This document shows positions 47,290-60,200 of a stretch of 64,000 bases of DNA, in pieces. Position 1 is the stretch's first letter, and each line of letters begins with the position of its first letter. The notes below the pieces were generated by a model. The model ran no database searches, had not been told where the DNA came from, and was given only the letters and a program-made list of their open reading frames with translations. A program made the position numbers and the translations under genes. Origin of the DNA: an uncultured Flavobacterium sp. (lineage in GTDB: Bacteria; Bacteroidota; Bacteroidia; Flavobacteriales; Flavobacteriaceae); NCBI GenBank assembly GCA_964566045.1, contig CAZMHK010000001.1:1925-65924 (forward strand), in the 5' to 3' direction.

Positions 47290-48252
47290 TTAATCGATAA
47301 TAGGGTTTTGAGTACACGGACAGTTACTAACTCCTTGTAGGAAGTCGAGACCAAGCGTAACCACATGCGTACCTGTGTTGAATGTACCCAAACGATTCAA
47401 TATAACTTGGTAAGAGTATCCGAAATAAAAGTTCGATTTTTTGAAACCCACCATTGGACCCACGTTAAGCGGTTTTCCGATTTGATCATTTAAAAAACGA
47501 TAGGATGCTCCAGCCCACAAATAATCGTCATTACGATCGTATTTACGGTACTTAAAATTGATATCCGTACTAGAACGTCCATCACTAGCAAACAATTGAT
47601 AATAAACGGATGGCTCAAACTCAGAACGGTTGTAGGCACTGTTTCTAAAAACGTAACCCGAGTACACTTGAAAATTTCGAACCAAACTTGGTTCTACTCC
47701 ACTGAATTTATCGATGTCTTTATCCAGAATATTACTGGCATTAAAACTAAAGTAAAAATCTTTGTTGCGGTATAGCAAACCTATATCAAAGTTGTTATTA
47801 GCTACAAATCTATTGTTATTAATTGTCGGATCAGTATTAATCGGGTCTAGCGCATTTACATCAATCTTGAAAGTATTCAAATTGTAAGACATACCAAATG
47901 AAAGGTATTGTTTAGAATAATAATCTAAGATGATGTGGTGTGCAAAAGAGGCCTTGATACCCTGCTGCATCGTGTTTCCGTTTTTATCATTGTATGCTGA
48001 TATACCCACACCTGATTGATCAGCCACCCTAAAATCGGCATAAATAGATTGGTTATCCGGAGCACCTTTAATACCAACCCATTGTGTTAAACCATTGGCT
48101 CTAATACGCAAATTATCTCCAATTCCAGCAAATGTTGGCGAAACCACAAAAGGATTATCAGCCAAATATTGGGTAAAAACGGGCAAGTTTAACTCTTGGC
48201 TATGAGCTGAACCCATAACCAAAAGCAACATGGAAAGAATGATTTTTTTCAT
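47290..48252 (-). CDS. sprF: PorP/SprF-family type IX secretion system membrane protein
   Basis: Signal peptide, then QELNLPVFTQYLADNPFVVSPTFAGIG, typical of PorP/SprF. It lies 37 nt downstream of a type-B CTD adhesin gene. Confidence 0.8.
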   Translation of the reverse strand: MKKIILSMLLLVMGSAHSQELNLPVFTQYLADNPFVVSPTFAGIGDNLRIRANGLTQWVGIKGAPDNQSIYADFRVADQSGVGISAYNDKNGNTMQQGIKASFAHHIILDYYSKQYLSFGMSYNLNTFKIDVNALDPINTDPTINNNRFVANNNFDIGLLYRNKDFYFSFNASNILDKDIDKFSGVEPSLVRNFQVYSGYVFRNSAYNRSEFEPSVYYQLFASDGRSSTDINFKYRKYDRNDDYLWAGASYRFLNDQIGKPLNVGPMVGFKKSNFYFGYSYQVILNRLGTFNTGTHVVTLGLDFLQGVSNCPCTQNPIID

Positions 48253-48289
48253 TTGACTTATATTTTAGGAATTCTTTCGAATTCGCTTT

Positions 48290-51200
48290 TTACCTGTACA
48301 ATGTGAAATGTCCAACAAACTGACGCGGATCATTAACGTCTCTTAATCTAAGGATATACCAGTAATCACCTGAAGGTAATTCTGTTCCGTTGTATTTACC
48401 ATCCCAAGATTCTCCCTCTCTGAATGAACCTAACTTACGACCGTATCTGTCAAAGACTTCAAAATTAAGGTCTTTATAATTGATCGTGTTCGTTGGCGCC
48501 CAAGTATCATTGTTTCCGTCTCCGTTTGGTGTAAACACATTAGGAATTTTGATATCAATGTACTCAAAGAAACGTGTTGCTGTGGCAGTACAACCATTTG
48601 CATCTGTTACTGTCACGGTGTAATCACCAGATCTGTAAATAATGAAACTGTTTTTGTTGCCTTGTGGTTCACCGTTCAAGCTGAATTGGTAGTTACCAAA
48701 ACCTCCTGTAGCAGTAGCAACAATTTCATTTAAGCCACCATCAGCAAGACTGATCGTTATAGGATCAACTTGATCAATAACAAATCTAACTTGCTTAATA
48801 CAACCGTTTGTGTGTCTCACATCAACAGTGTGTATGCCAGGACTAAGGTTACTGAACACATTACTAGCTTGGAAAACTGTTGAACCATCAAGCGCATAAT
48901 CTAAATCAGCTGGATCATTACTTGCATCTACTGTAATGGTAACTGAGTTTACTTGTGTATTGTTAACACAGTCATACACAATAGTGCGTTGCGGATTCAA
49001 TGTTACCGGCTCACCTAACATTACAGTAAAGTCACTTTCACAACCATTTGCATCACGAATGTACACAATTTGTTCGTTACCTGATAAACCACTGAAATCA
49101 AACTGTCTTTGCGTAAGCGTTCCTGTCGTGTAGGTTCCGTTTCTGTTATTTAAACTCACACTATAAGGTGCGTTTCCGCCTGTAATGTTTATGCTAAATG
49201 CACCGTCAGCATCGCCAGCACATACTTCTGGAATTTGGCTGTTAGGAACCACAGTAGCAAATACAGATCCTGGTTCTGTAATTTCAATATTTTTAACGTT
49301 TGCAAAACATCCGTTTTCATCCTGAACAATATACTCGTAGAAACCTGGTCTTAAGTTTTCAAAAACACCTGATTCGAAGAACTGATCTAATCTAGGTGAA
49401 ATAGCATACTTAATAATTCCTGTTCCTCCTGAAGCCGTGATCACAATACGACCATCTCCTTCACCAGCGCAAGTAATAGGCGTTACCGCATAAGATTGCG
49501 TTAATGCTACCAACGGTTCAGTAATAGGTACAATACTTGAAGTTACAGCAGCACAATCTTCACTTACTACACGCACTACATAATTTCCAGCTGGAATATT
49601 AGTAAAGTTACCTGGTGTAGTTTGTGTTACCGTAAACGATACAGGATTACCAGCACTATCCAAAAGCGTATACACATAGTTGCCTAAACCACCTTGTGCC
49701 ACTGCGACAATTACTCCTGATGCATCACCAGTACAATTAATCGTTGCGTTTTGAACGTCTAAATCAAGAGTCAATGTTGGTACATCATCAATTTTAACAT
49801 CGTTTGAAATAAAACTAATACAACCATTATTATCACGAACGTAGTAGCTATAAGTTCCTACAGGCACAGAGAAAGTAGCACTATTACCCACCATTGGCGT
49901 TGTTGTTGCAAATGATGCTAAACTACTATACTCATAAGGAGCTGTACCGCCAGCTGCTGTGAGTGTTATCGTGGCATCAATAGCACACGTTTTGGCTGTA
50001 GCTAATGTTAAGGCAGCCGTAACTCTCGTAGGTTCGTTTATTACCATAGCTGTTGAAGTTGTACTACACGACCAAGAATCACTTACTTGAACTTGGTATG
50101 AACCAGCACCTAAATTAGTAAATGTATTAGCCACTTGCGGACCGCTTGTAGTTACTGCACCACTAGCATCTGTTCTAATCAAAGTATATAAATAACTTCC
50201 AGATCCACCTGTTGGTCCTGTAGTTACCGTAATACTTGCGCTTGCATCATTGATACAATCTACAAGAGTTGTACTTGGTGCTGCTGTAAATGCAATTGGC
50301 GAAGGATTATTCAATACTACAATTTCAGAGTTCACACATCCTCTGCTGTCTCTTACATTTACGGTATATGAACCTGCAGTTAAGCCTGTGAATACAGTTT
50401 GAGTTCCATAGGCTACACTTTGTGCTGCTGTAGGACCTACCAATTCAAATTGATATGCTCCTGGCCAACCACCCGTTGCTGCAACAGAAATAGAACCATC
50501 ATTATTACCCGTTACACAAGTAATCTCGGTATGCGTTTCGGTAATATCAAGTGCTGCTGTTGGTGCCGCAATAGTAAAGTTTGTTACAACCGTACAATCT
50601 GGAGTTTGAGACAGGGTAGCACCTACTGTATATGTTCCTGCTGCTAAACCTGTCAGTGTAAAAGGTCCTGCAGTTGGAGCAGTTCCGCTACCAACTGTAA
50701 CTCCAGCCGCATTTTGAAGCGTATAGCTAAATGGTCCTGCATCATTACCATTAAGCGGCGTAGTCGTGATTAATCGATCTACCAAAGTTATCGTTGCTGT
50801 TCCGTTTGTATCGTTCAAACACGTTACATCTGTAGTAGCGTTAACCACCAATTCAAACGTATTTGGATTGTTTACAAAGTGAACCGCACGTATTTCACAA
50901 CCCGTATCTAAGTTACGAACGCTAATGTTGTAATCACCAATTGGTAAATTAGTAAATACACCCGCTGCATTGGTTTGGCTTGGGTACAAGGTACCAAGTG
51001 CACCTGTTGTAGGATCTCTGTCTACTAAAGTATATTCTAAATTAGAAGCAGTACCACCAATTGTAGTAACCGACACGGTAATATTTTCAAGATTAGAACA
51101 TGTTATCGCTTGATCTACATTTACAGTAACTGTATCTAGTTCAATGTAAGGTACAATGTCGATAGGGGTTGTGCTTGTTCCAATGCAACCGTTGCTGTCA

Positions 51201-54200
51201 AATACGTTTACAGTATAATTTCCACCTGTAAGTACAGTTTCAGTGTACACATTGCTTGGACCAAACTGTATACGTGTTCCATTGCGTAAGAACTCATAGT
51301 TCAAATACGTGTTAGAGCCACCTGTTACTCCTGTTACCGTTATAGTAGCAAGATTGCTTGCATTACCTGAAGCACAGCCAAACTGTACTACTGCTGGAGC
51401 AGGTACAACAATTGGATCTGGTTCATCAACAACTATTGTTGCGGTAGCATCGCAACCTCTTGCAGAAACTACCTGAACAGTGTAAGAACCTGCAGTCAAT
51501 CCTGTAAATTGATTCGAAGCTTGTGGCATACCTCCGTTTAAGCTGTACAAGTACACTGGGTTATCATTTACACCCGGTGCTGGAGTATCAAATGAAGCGG
51601 TTATGGTTCCATCAGCTCCACCGAAACAAGTGACATCGCTTTTGGCCAATGCAAATCCGGTCACTAAAGTAGCTGCCTGCAAATTAACTGGAACAAATAC
51701 CTCACATAAAGTTGTTGTATCACGAACGCCAATAATATGGTTTCCTGCTGCAACTGCGTTAAAGGCCGAACTTGTTCCAAATGCTCCACCGTCAATATTG
51801 TATTGATAGTTTCCTGAACCTCCTGTAGCACTTACATTAACAACACCATCATTACCCGCACATGAAACCGGAATACTTACTACCGGATTCACCACCAATG
51901 GCGTAAGAATAGAAACAGGGAAAGCAACCGATGGACAACCATTAGCATCACGAACAGTGATGTTATAATTTCCTGGCGCATTTACTGTAATTACATTTCC
52001 TGTTTGGTAGTTCGTACCATCCGCACTGTATTCTAGCGCTGCACTAAAGCCCGATGCTGTTACTGTTATCTCATACGTTCCTGTTGCACTCGGACATTGT
52101 GTTGCCACTGCATTTGCAATCGTTGGATTCGCATCTGTTAGAATCGTAACTGTTGCAACATCTTCACAACCATTAGCATCACGTACATGCACATCCCATT
52201 GCATGTTCGCGCCTGAGTTGGTATCTACTGTTAATTGATTGCTTAATCCGAAAGCTGTTGCTGCTGGCGTACCTCCCACTGGAACTACTGCATATTGATA
52301 ATCAAGTGTTCCACCTGTAGCCGTTACCGTAATAATAGCGGTATCTACATCACAATTGATATTGGTTGCTGTAGTAGTAAAATCAAGTACCTGTGTAATA
52401 CCAACAATTGTGAATGGTACATCTGCCGTACAGCCTGTAGTGCTGTCAAGCACTTGCAAGTTGTAATTTCCTGCTGCCAATGCACTAAGAGTTATTGTGT
52501 TTCCAAACTGGGCTAGAGTGCCTGTTCCTAACGTTAAGTTTGCTGTGTAACCCGCTGAATTACTTACCGTAATAGTTGCCGCTCCGTCATTAGCGTTGAA
52601 ACAAGTTTCGTTTGTAATAGTTGCTACTGTTGCTAAAATGTTTACTCGTGCTGCCACAGTGTACAATTCTTGGTACGTACAACCGTTAGCATCTGTCACT
52701 CGGAACAAATAATCGCCTGCATCTAAACTGTCAAATATGCCAGAATTTACTCCAGATGTATTTCCTACAGCACTAGCTGGAGCAAGTATTTGATAAGTGA
52801 ACGGACCTACACCGTTTGTAACCGAATTTATTGTTACTGTACTTGTTGTACTTGTAGCTGGTGCACAATAAATCAATGAACCAGAAATATCCATATTTGT
52901 TGGTGGATCTAAGGCAATTACTGTAGTACCTACTGCTGTTGCAAATGAACAACCGTTGGTATCTCTCACAATTACACTAACTGGTCCGGCTGTATTAGTC
53001 ACAAACGTATTGTTTGGTGTAAAACCTTGGCCATTAAAGTTGTATTGGTACGAACCATTTCCTCCGCTAGGCACAGCTGTTACTGTTGCTGCTTGAGTAA
53101 CATTACCTGTACCACAACTTAATGGTGTGGTTACGCTAATTGTCGCTGACACCGCATCGGGCTCATCAATCAAAATTGGGGTAGCGCTTGTGGCAGGACA
53201 TCCTTTAGCATCTGTAATCGTTACCGTGTAAGATCCTGCTGGTAAACCACTGTAGTTTCCAGTAGCATCTCCAGTAGTGTTGAATCCTGTTCCGCTTAAT
53301 GCGAAAGTAAACGGTGCCACGCCTGCCGTTGGGGTTACTGTAATGGTTCCGTTACTGTCTCCGTTACAAGTAGCATCAGTGGCTACTGCTGTAAACGTTG
53401 GCGTTACTGGTGTAGTTACCTCAACTGTATTAGTCGTCACCGAACAAGTAGGCGAATAACTATCTGTAATTTCGAATGAATAGGTTCCTGCTGTTGTTGG
53501 ATTTATAGTGTACAACGGACCTGTAACTCCTGTTGCTGGAGCTCCTGTTGGAACGCCTCCCACTAAGGTTTGAACTGTAAATGGTCCTACTCCTCCAGTA
53601 ATTGTTACATTAATACTAGCCGCTGGTGTTGGCGCACATGTCAAATCTTTATCTAATAAAGCTCCAGCTATTAACTGATCAACAACCGTATAATTTACAG
53701 TATCCTCGCAACCATTATCGTCTCTGATACCTAAAACATACGTTCCAGGACCATTAAGGGTAACTATAGGTCCTGCTACAACCGATCCTTCAAGGGTGTA
53801 TATTTTTGAACTTCCTAAATATACCGTTGTTACAGCATCTAAGTCAACTGTTAAAGGTGTACCGGTGTAACATTGTGTGGCTGGATCTGAAATCGTTGGC
53901 TCAGCATCATTTACAATTGTTACTGGTACTATACCTACACATCCATTAGCATCACGAACATATACATCCCAAGTTAATACCGTACCATTTACAGTATCTA
54001 CAGAAAGTACTGGGATATTGCTGTACAATGTTGGCGCAGTGCTGCTTGCTGGTACCGCTGCATACTCGTAAACGCCTGTTCCTCCGCTAACTGTGCCTAC
54101 TGTAATAACAGAATCGTCTTCGGTACAATACACTTTTGTCGCTGTTGGTGCGAAAGATATTGGATCTGGTAACGTAATAGTAACATCATCCGTTGCGACA

Positions 54201-57200
54201 CATAAAGTAGTTTCGTCTGTTACAGAAACTGTGTATGTTCCTGCTCCAAGTGAAGTTAAATCAATTGTAGGACTTGTTTGTCCTACTACTGGAGTACCGC
54301 TATTGATGGTATAACTGTAAGTAGAAGTTGCTGCAACTCCTGTTACGGTAAATCGTGCCGAACCATTATTTGAAGTTCCATTAGCTGGGTTACAGGTAAT
54401 ATCGTTCAACAAGGCAGCTTCAATAGCAATTGGCGTTACTGGAGCTACGGTGAACAATTCATCACGCGTACAACCATTGTCATCAGTCACTCGGAAAATG
54501 TAATCTCCAGGTGCTAAAAGTGTGAATGCACCAGAAGTTGCTCCAGAAGTATTTCCTGTAGCCGTGGCTGGAGAAATTATTTCAAAAGCAGGTGTTCCTA
54601 AACCGCCCGTTACCGTTACTTGCACCGTTGCTGAATTAGCAGTACAAGTTGGCGCTGTGGTTATAGCAAAACTTAAATCCGTAGGCGGTGTTAAGGCTGG
54701 TGTAACCACATCTGGTAAAGTAAACGTACAATTGTTAGCGTCACGCACTACGATTGTTGTGGTAGCAGGTAGTGGACCATTATTTACCGTAAAGGTATTG
54801 CCACCAGTGAAAGATAAACCATTAAAGCTGTAGGTATAACCTGTTCCAACTCCTGATGAAGTTCCTCCTGTTACCGTATCTACAGTAATTACAGTAGTCG
54901 TGCTACATGTAGTGTTTGCTGCTGCAGAAGCAGTAGCTGTAAGAGGATCTGGCTCTGTGATTGTAATTGAAGGTGAAGTCTGTAAACAATCTCTATCATT
55001 ACGCACGGTAACCACATAAGCGGTTCCTGCCACTAAACCTGTAAATGTATTATTGGTTGTGAAAGCAGTTGTTGTTACGCCGTCAGATAAACTGTATTCA
55101 TAAGGACCTACGCCCGATGTTACATCAATAGTAATTGTTCCGTCATTACCTCCATTACAACTTACGTTTGTCACGATAGGAGTAGCAATAATAGTAGCAG
55201 GAATTGGGTCAATTCTAAATGTTGTGGTAGCAGTACATGCGCCATCATTTACTTCGAATGTATAATTTCCAGCATCTAAACCTGTAAAAATACCAGTAGT
55301 TGCTCCTGTAGTGTTTCCAACTGCTCCCGCAGTGATAGTATAAGCATACGCAGCTGTTCCACCAGTAGCTGTTACAGTGACTGTTGCATTTGGTGTAGGT
55401 AAGTTACAATCTAATACTTTAGTCAACTCAGGTTCTAACTGAAGTTGTGGCAACACGGTATAATCTACAAAAGCCACACAACCATTACCATCTTTAATGT
55501 ACAATCTATATGTTCCAGCACTATTGAGCGTAAAAGTAGAACCGTTTTGGTACGCAGCTGTATTTAAACTAGCAATTGGTTCCACTTTGTAAGTTGCTGG
55601 TAAAATAGTAGCCGAAGCCGAAGCATCTGTAACTAAATTTATTGTAAATGGAGTACCATTGTAACAAATTGGTGCAGGAAGTGCAATTGTAGGTGGTGCA
55701 TCTTGTAATAAAATTACATCATCAACTTGAATACAGTTATAAGCATCTTTAGCATACACATAATACGTGATTCCTGTTAATGAACCAGGTCTAGTAAACG
55801 TATTTCCTGAAACCCATCCTGCATCTGTAATTGCTGGAGGAGTAGCTGAAGTTGTTACTTGATAGGTGTAAGGACCTGTCCCTTTTTGAGCTTGCGCAGT
55901 GATAATACCGTCATCTGTACAATTTGAATTTTTAATAATTGTACCTACAACAGTAAGTAATTCTGGTGATTCTAAAATATTAAAATTAGCAGATGCAATA
56001 CTACAGCCCACATTTGGTCCTGCAGTTTCACGAACTAAAATATAATAACTACCCGCTGGAAGTAATGAAACTCCAAAATCAGTGATTGATAATGTACCTC
56101 CGGCAGGTATATTTCCCGTGCCATTTGCCCCTGTAATTAAAACGTTGTTAAAAGCTTCGTACACTTGATACGAAACAGTTATAGGAGAAGCATACCCATT
56201 AGCTATATCAAAATTTACACTTCCATTAGTATCGCCAGTACATCTAATATTATTGCCTACAATACTAGGAACTGTTACCAAAGTGCTAGTAGGAACAGCT
56301 ATAGCAGCGGTTTCATAATAATAGCACATAGTAGCAGAATCAAACACAATAAAAGTGTAAGTTACTCCTGGAAGTAATCCTGTGAATATAGTTCCTTTTG
56401 AATTAGCAGGATTTTCACCTTGCCAGCCATCAACGCCAACAGCTGTAAAAACCTGACCTGGACCATTGTAAATATTAAAATAGAATGGACCCATACTGGT
56501 AAATGTACCTGCAACAGCAACATTGGCAGTACCACCAGTACAATTAGCAACAGTATCAATTACAATATCTAAATCATCAGGGTCAGATGCAACTAATACG
56601 TCATTCTCAATAATAGTACAACCATTAGCATCAACCACTCTTATTTGGTACAATCCAAAATCAACAACATTAAAGGTTACTGAAGTGGTTCCAGATGTAT
56701 TAGGTTCTATTTCGTTATATCCATTTATACCAGTAACGTAATACGTGTACGGTGCAGTACCGCCCGTACCACCCAAGGTGCTCACGCTATCTGTAATACC
56801 ATTGATAATAATAGAACCTTTTGAAGTACCAGGAAAACCAGGGTTACATTGTATCGGTATAACATCGTAGTCTATGAACATTATAGGAGGCTCCGCGATA
56901 GTGATACCATCGGTATCAGTACAACCTTTAGCATCTCTAATTGTTACTGTGTACGATCCTGCCGAAAGTCCTGTAAACGTATTTGAACTTTGGAAATTAG
57001 TGCCATCAATACTAAACTCAAATGGTCCTACACCAAGTGAAGTATTAAAATCAACTCTAAAGGCCCCTGTATCATCACCATTACAGTTAATGAATGCAGT
57101 TTGCGTAACGCCTGTAATAACAGGAAAAATTGGCGCCGTTACAGGAATAGCTGCTGTTGTTGTATATGTACAACCTACAGCATCTGTTACTGTAAAAGTA

Positions 57201-60200
57201 TAACTACCAGGTGCGTTTGTTGTGAATACGCCTGTAGTAGCTCCAGTCACATTTGATGTTTCTGGTGCAGGCGTTGTTATAACATAAGTAAACGGACCTA
57301 CTCCACCTGATGGTGTTAGAGTAATTCTTGCTGGCTCGTCACCTACAACACATGTAATGTCTTTGTTTAAAATAGCATTTAACGTTAATTGTGGTGCAAC
57401 TGTAACTATTGGTGCCGTTGCAATACAACCGTTACCATCAATCATAGTAATGGTGTAGTCACCTGCTGTAGTTACTGTAAATACATTGCTTGTTTGGTAA
57501 GAAGCACCATTATTAATACTATAACGTATTGGGGCAATAACTCCACCTAATGGGGTTGTATTGTTAGCCGTAATAGTATATCCTCCTGGAGTTCCTAAAC
57601 ATCCCCCACCTAATGCTGTAACAGTTGGAATTGGGTCTGAAGTTACAGAAACTGATATCATATCAGGACATCCATTTGCATCAAGGACGTATACATCCCA
57701 AGAAGGCGTTGCGGGATTTAAGTCTCTAAAAGCACTTGAGGTATAATCTGAAACAGCAGGTGTGTTACCCGCTGGCACAAATGCATAGAAATAAGGTGTT
57801 GTACCTCCCGTAGTGGTAACTGTTACTCTTGATGTAGGTATGGCACAATTTGCATTTCTGTTTGAAACAAGTGTGATATCCAATACTGCTGGCTGCGTAA
57901 TTGTAACAGAAGTAGTTGCTGTACAACCAGTAACTTCATCTGTGAAAACTACAATATAGGTTCCTGCGCCTAATGTGTTCAAGTCGAATGTGCTTAAAGT
58001 TTGTGCCGTTACTGGAGCTCCTCCATTTACAGTGTAGCTGTAGCTTCCTGTTCCAAAACCACTTACATTATAACGAATAGAACCTGTTGTGTTATTGAAA
58101 CAATCAACATCAGTTAATTTAGTAGCCGTAGCAACTATTGGCGTTACTGGAGCTACAAAATACGATTCGGTATCGTAACATCCATTGGCATCGGTAACTC
58201 TGAAGACATAATTTCCAGAAGTTAAACCTGAAAATACTCCTGTTGTTGCTCCTGTTGTGTTGGTAACTGCGCTTGCTGGTGATATTATGGCATACGTTAA
58301 AGTACCTACTCCTGTACCTGCATTTACAGGAACGGATACTGTACTTGTGGTAGCTGTTACTGGCTGACAAAAGATTGGTGTACTCGTGATGGTTCCTATT
58401 ACCGGATTATTTAAACGTAATAAAGTTCCATTACCTGAAACGGTACATCCTAGTGCATCACGTACTATATACGTATAAGGTACATCTGCAGTAGTATTGT
58501 TTATGGTTAAAATATTATTACTTGTAAAAGCACCACCGTTAAAGCTATAAGTATATGGTGCAGTACCTGCTGAAGCATTCAACGTTACTGTTCCTGCTAC
58601 TGGAGCATTAGAAGGGCTACACTCAAATGGTACTACATCAGCTGTTGCTGCTAAAGCATTTGCTGGTTCAGTGATAGTAACGTTTATAGAGGTATCACAT
58701 TGTTTAGAATCACGTACATAAAAAGTATAGTTCCCTGCCGCTAAGTTTGAAAAAGTAGCACTTGGTCCAAAAGTAATGTTGTCATTGCTATAAGTATATC
58801 CGCCTGAACCTCCTGATCCAATTAAAGTAACAGATCCGTTTGATCCACCATTACAACTTACATTGACTTGAGCAGCTACTGCTAAACTTGGGTCTGCAAT
58901 TGGTGCTACCGTTGCTGATGCAGTAGTGGTACAACCATTTGCATCAGTTATGGTAAAGGTATACGTACCTGCTACCGCTGTTGTATAGGTAAATGTGTTA
59001 GTTAGTTGTGCAATTGTTCCTGCTGCTGAGCCTGATGATACTCCTACTGTAAAAGGAGCTCTTCCGCCATTGATCGTACCGCTAATAATGGCGTCTGGAG
59101 TTCCAGAACAATCTAGAGCTTTTGTTACACCGGCAGCAGCTGTTAATTGCGCTGCCACTGTTACTGCTGTTCCTGCAGATATACAACCGTTTCTATCTCT
59201 AACCAATACCGTATAGGGTCCTGGTGCTACGTTAAACGTATTAGACGCTTGGAACGCTCCGGTTGCTCCTGAAATTCCGTACGTATATGGTCCTAGAGGT
59301 CCTGTTACTGGAGTTACTGTAATGGTAAATCCGCTTCCTGAAGCCATACATTGATTTGGTACGGTTACCACTGGAGCTGCTGGTGCAGGATCGCCTGCTA
59401 TAATTATATTTCTAACTGTAATACAACCGTTCGCATCGCGTACATAAACATCCCATGATAATTCTGTGCCATTAACGGTATCAACCGTTACCACATTGCT
59501 GCTGGCAAAGATAGTTGGCGCTGATGTACCTGCAATCACCGCTGCATAGCCGTAAGCTGTTGTTCCGCCTGTAGCCGTTACCGTTATTTGTGAGTTATAG
59601 TTGTTGCAATTAAAGTTAGTTGCAACTACATTGGTAATGGCTAATGGTGCTGCCGGCTGGTTGATGGTTATAGTTCCATCAGCCTCACAACCCGTTGCAT
59701 TATCTCTAACACGTACGGTATACGTTCCTGCTGTTGCATTGCTTAGTGTAAGTACATTACCTGATTGTATTAAACTTGCGGGAGGAATTGCTCCTGCAAC
59801 CACTGTAAAGGTGTAAGCACCTACAGTAGCATTTCCAGAAACGGTATAGGTTCCTGATCCTGTACTTCCGCCTTGGCACAATACATCGCTAGTTTTATTA
59901 GCCGCAACAGCAATTGGTGTTACGGGTGCAATATTGTGTGACTCGGTGTAATAACAACCATTGGCATCAGTAACTCTAAAGGTGTAATTTCCTGGTAATA
60001 AATTTGGGAAATTGGCCGATTGTGATGATCCTGTGGTGTTTACTGGTCCAAAGTTACTAGCTGTTGTCGCTGAAGTTGTGCCTATTATTTCAAAACGCAA
60101 AGCTCCTACTCCATTTGTAGCCGTTACAGTTACCGTTGTAGTAGTAGCGGTACACGTTACTGCTGCATTGCTAAACGTTAAATCGGTTGGTGAATTTAAT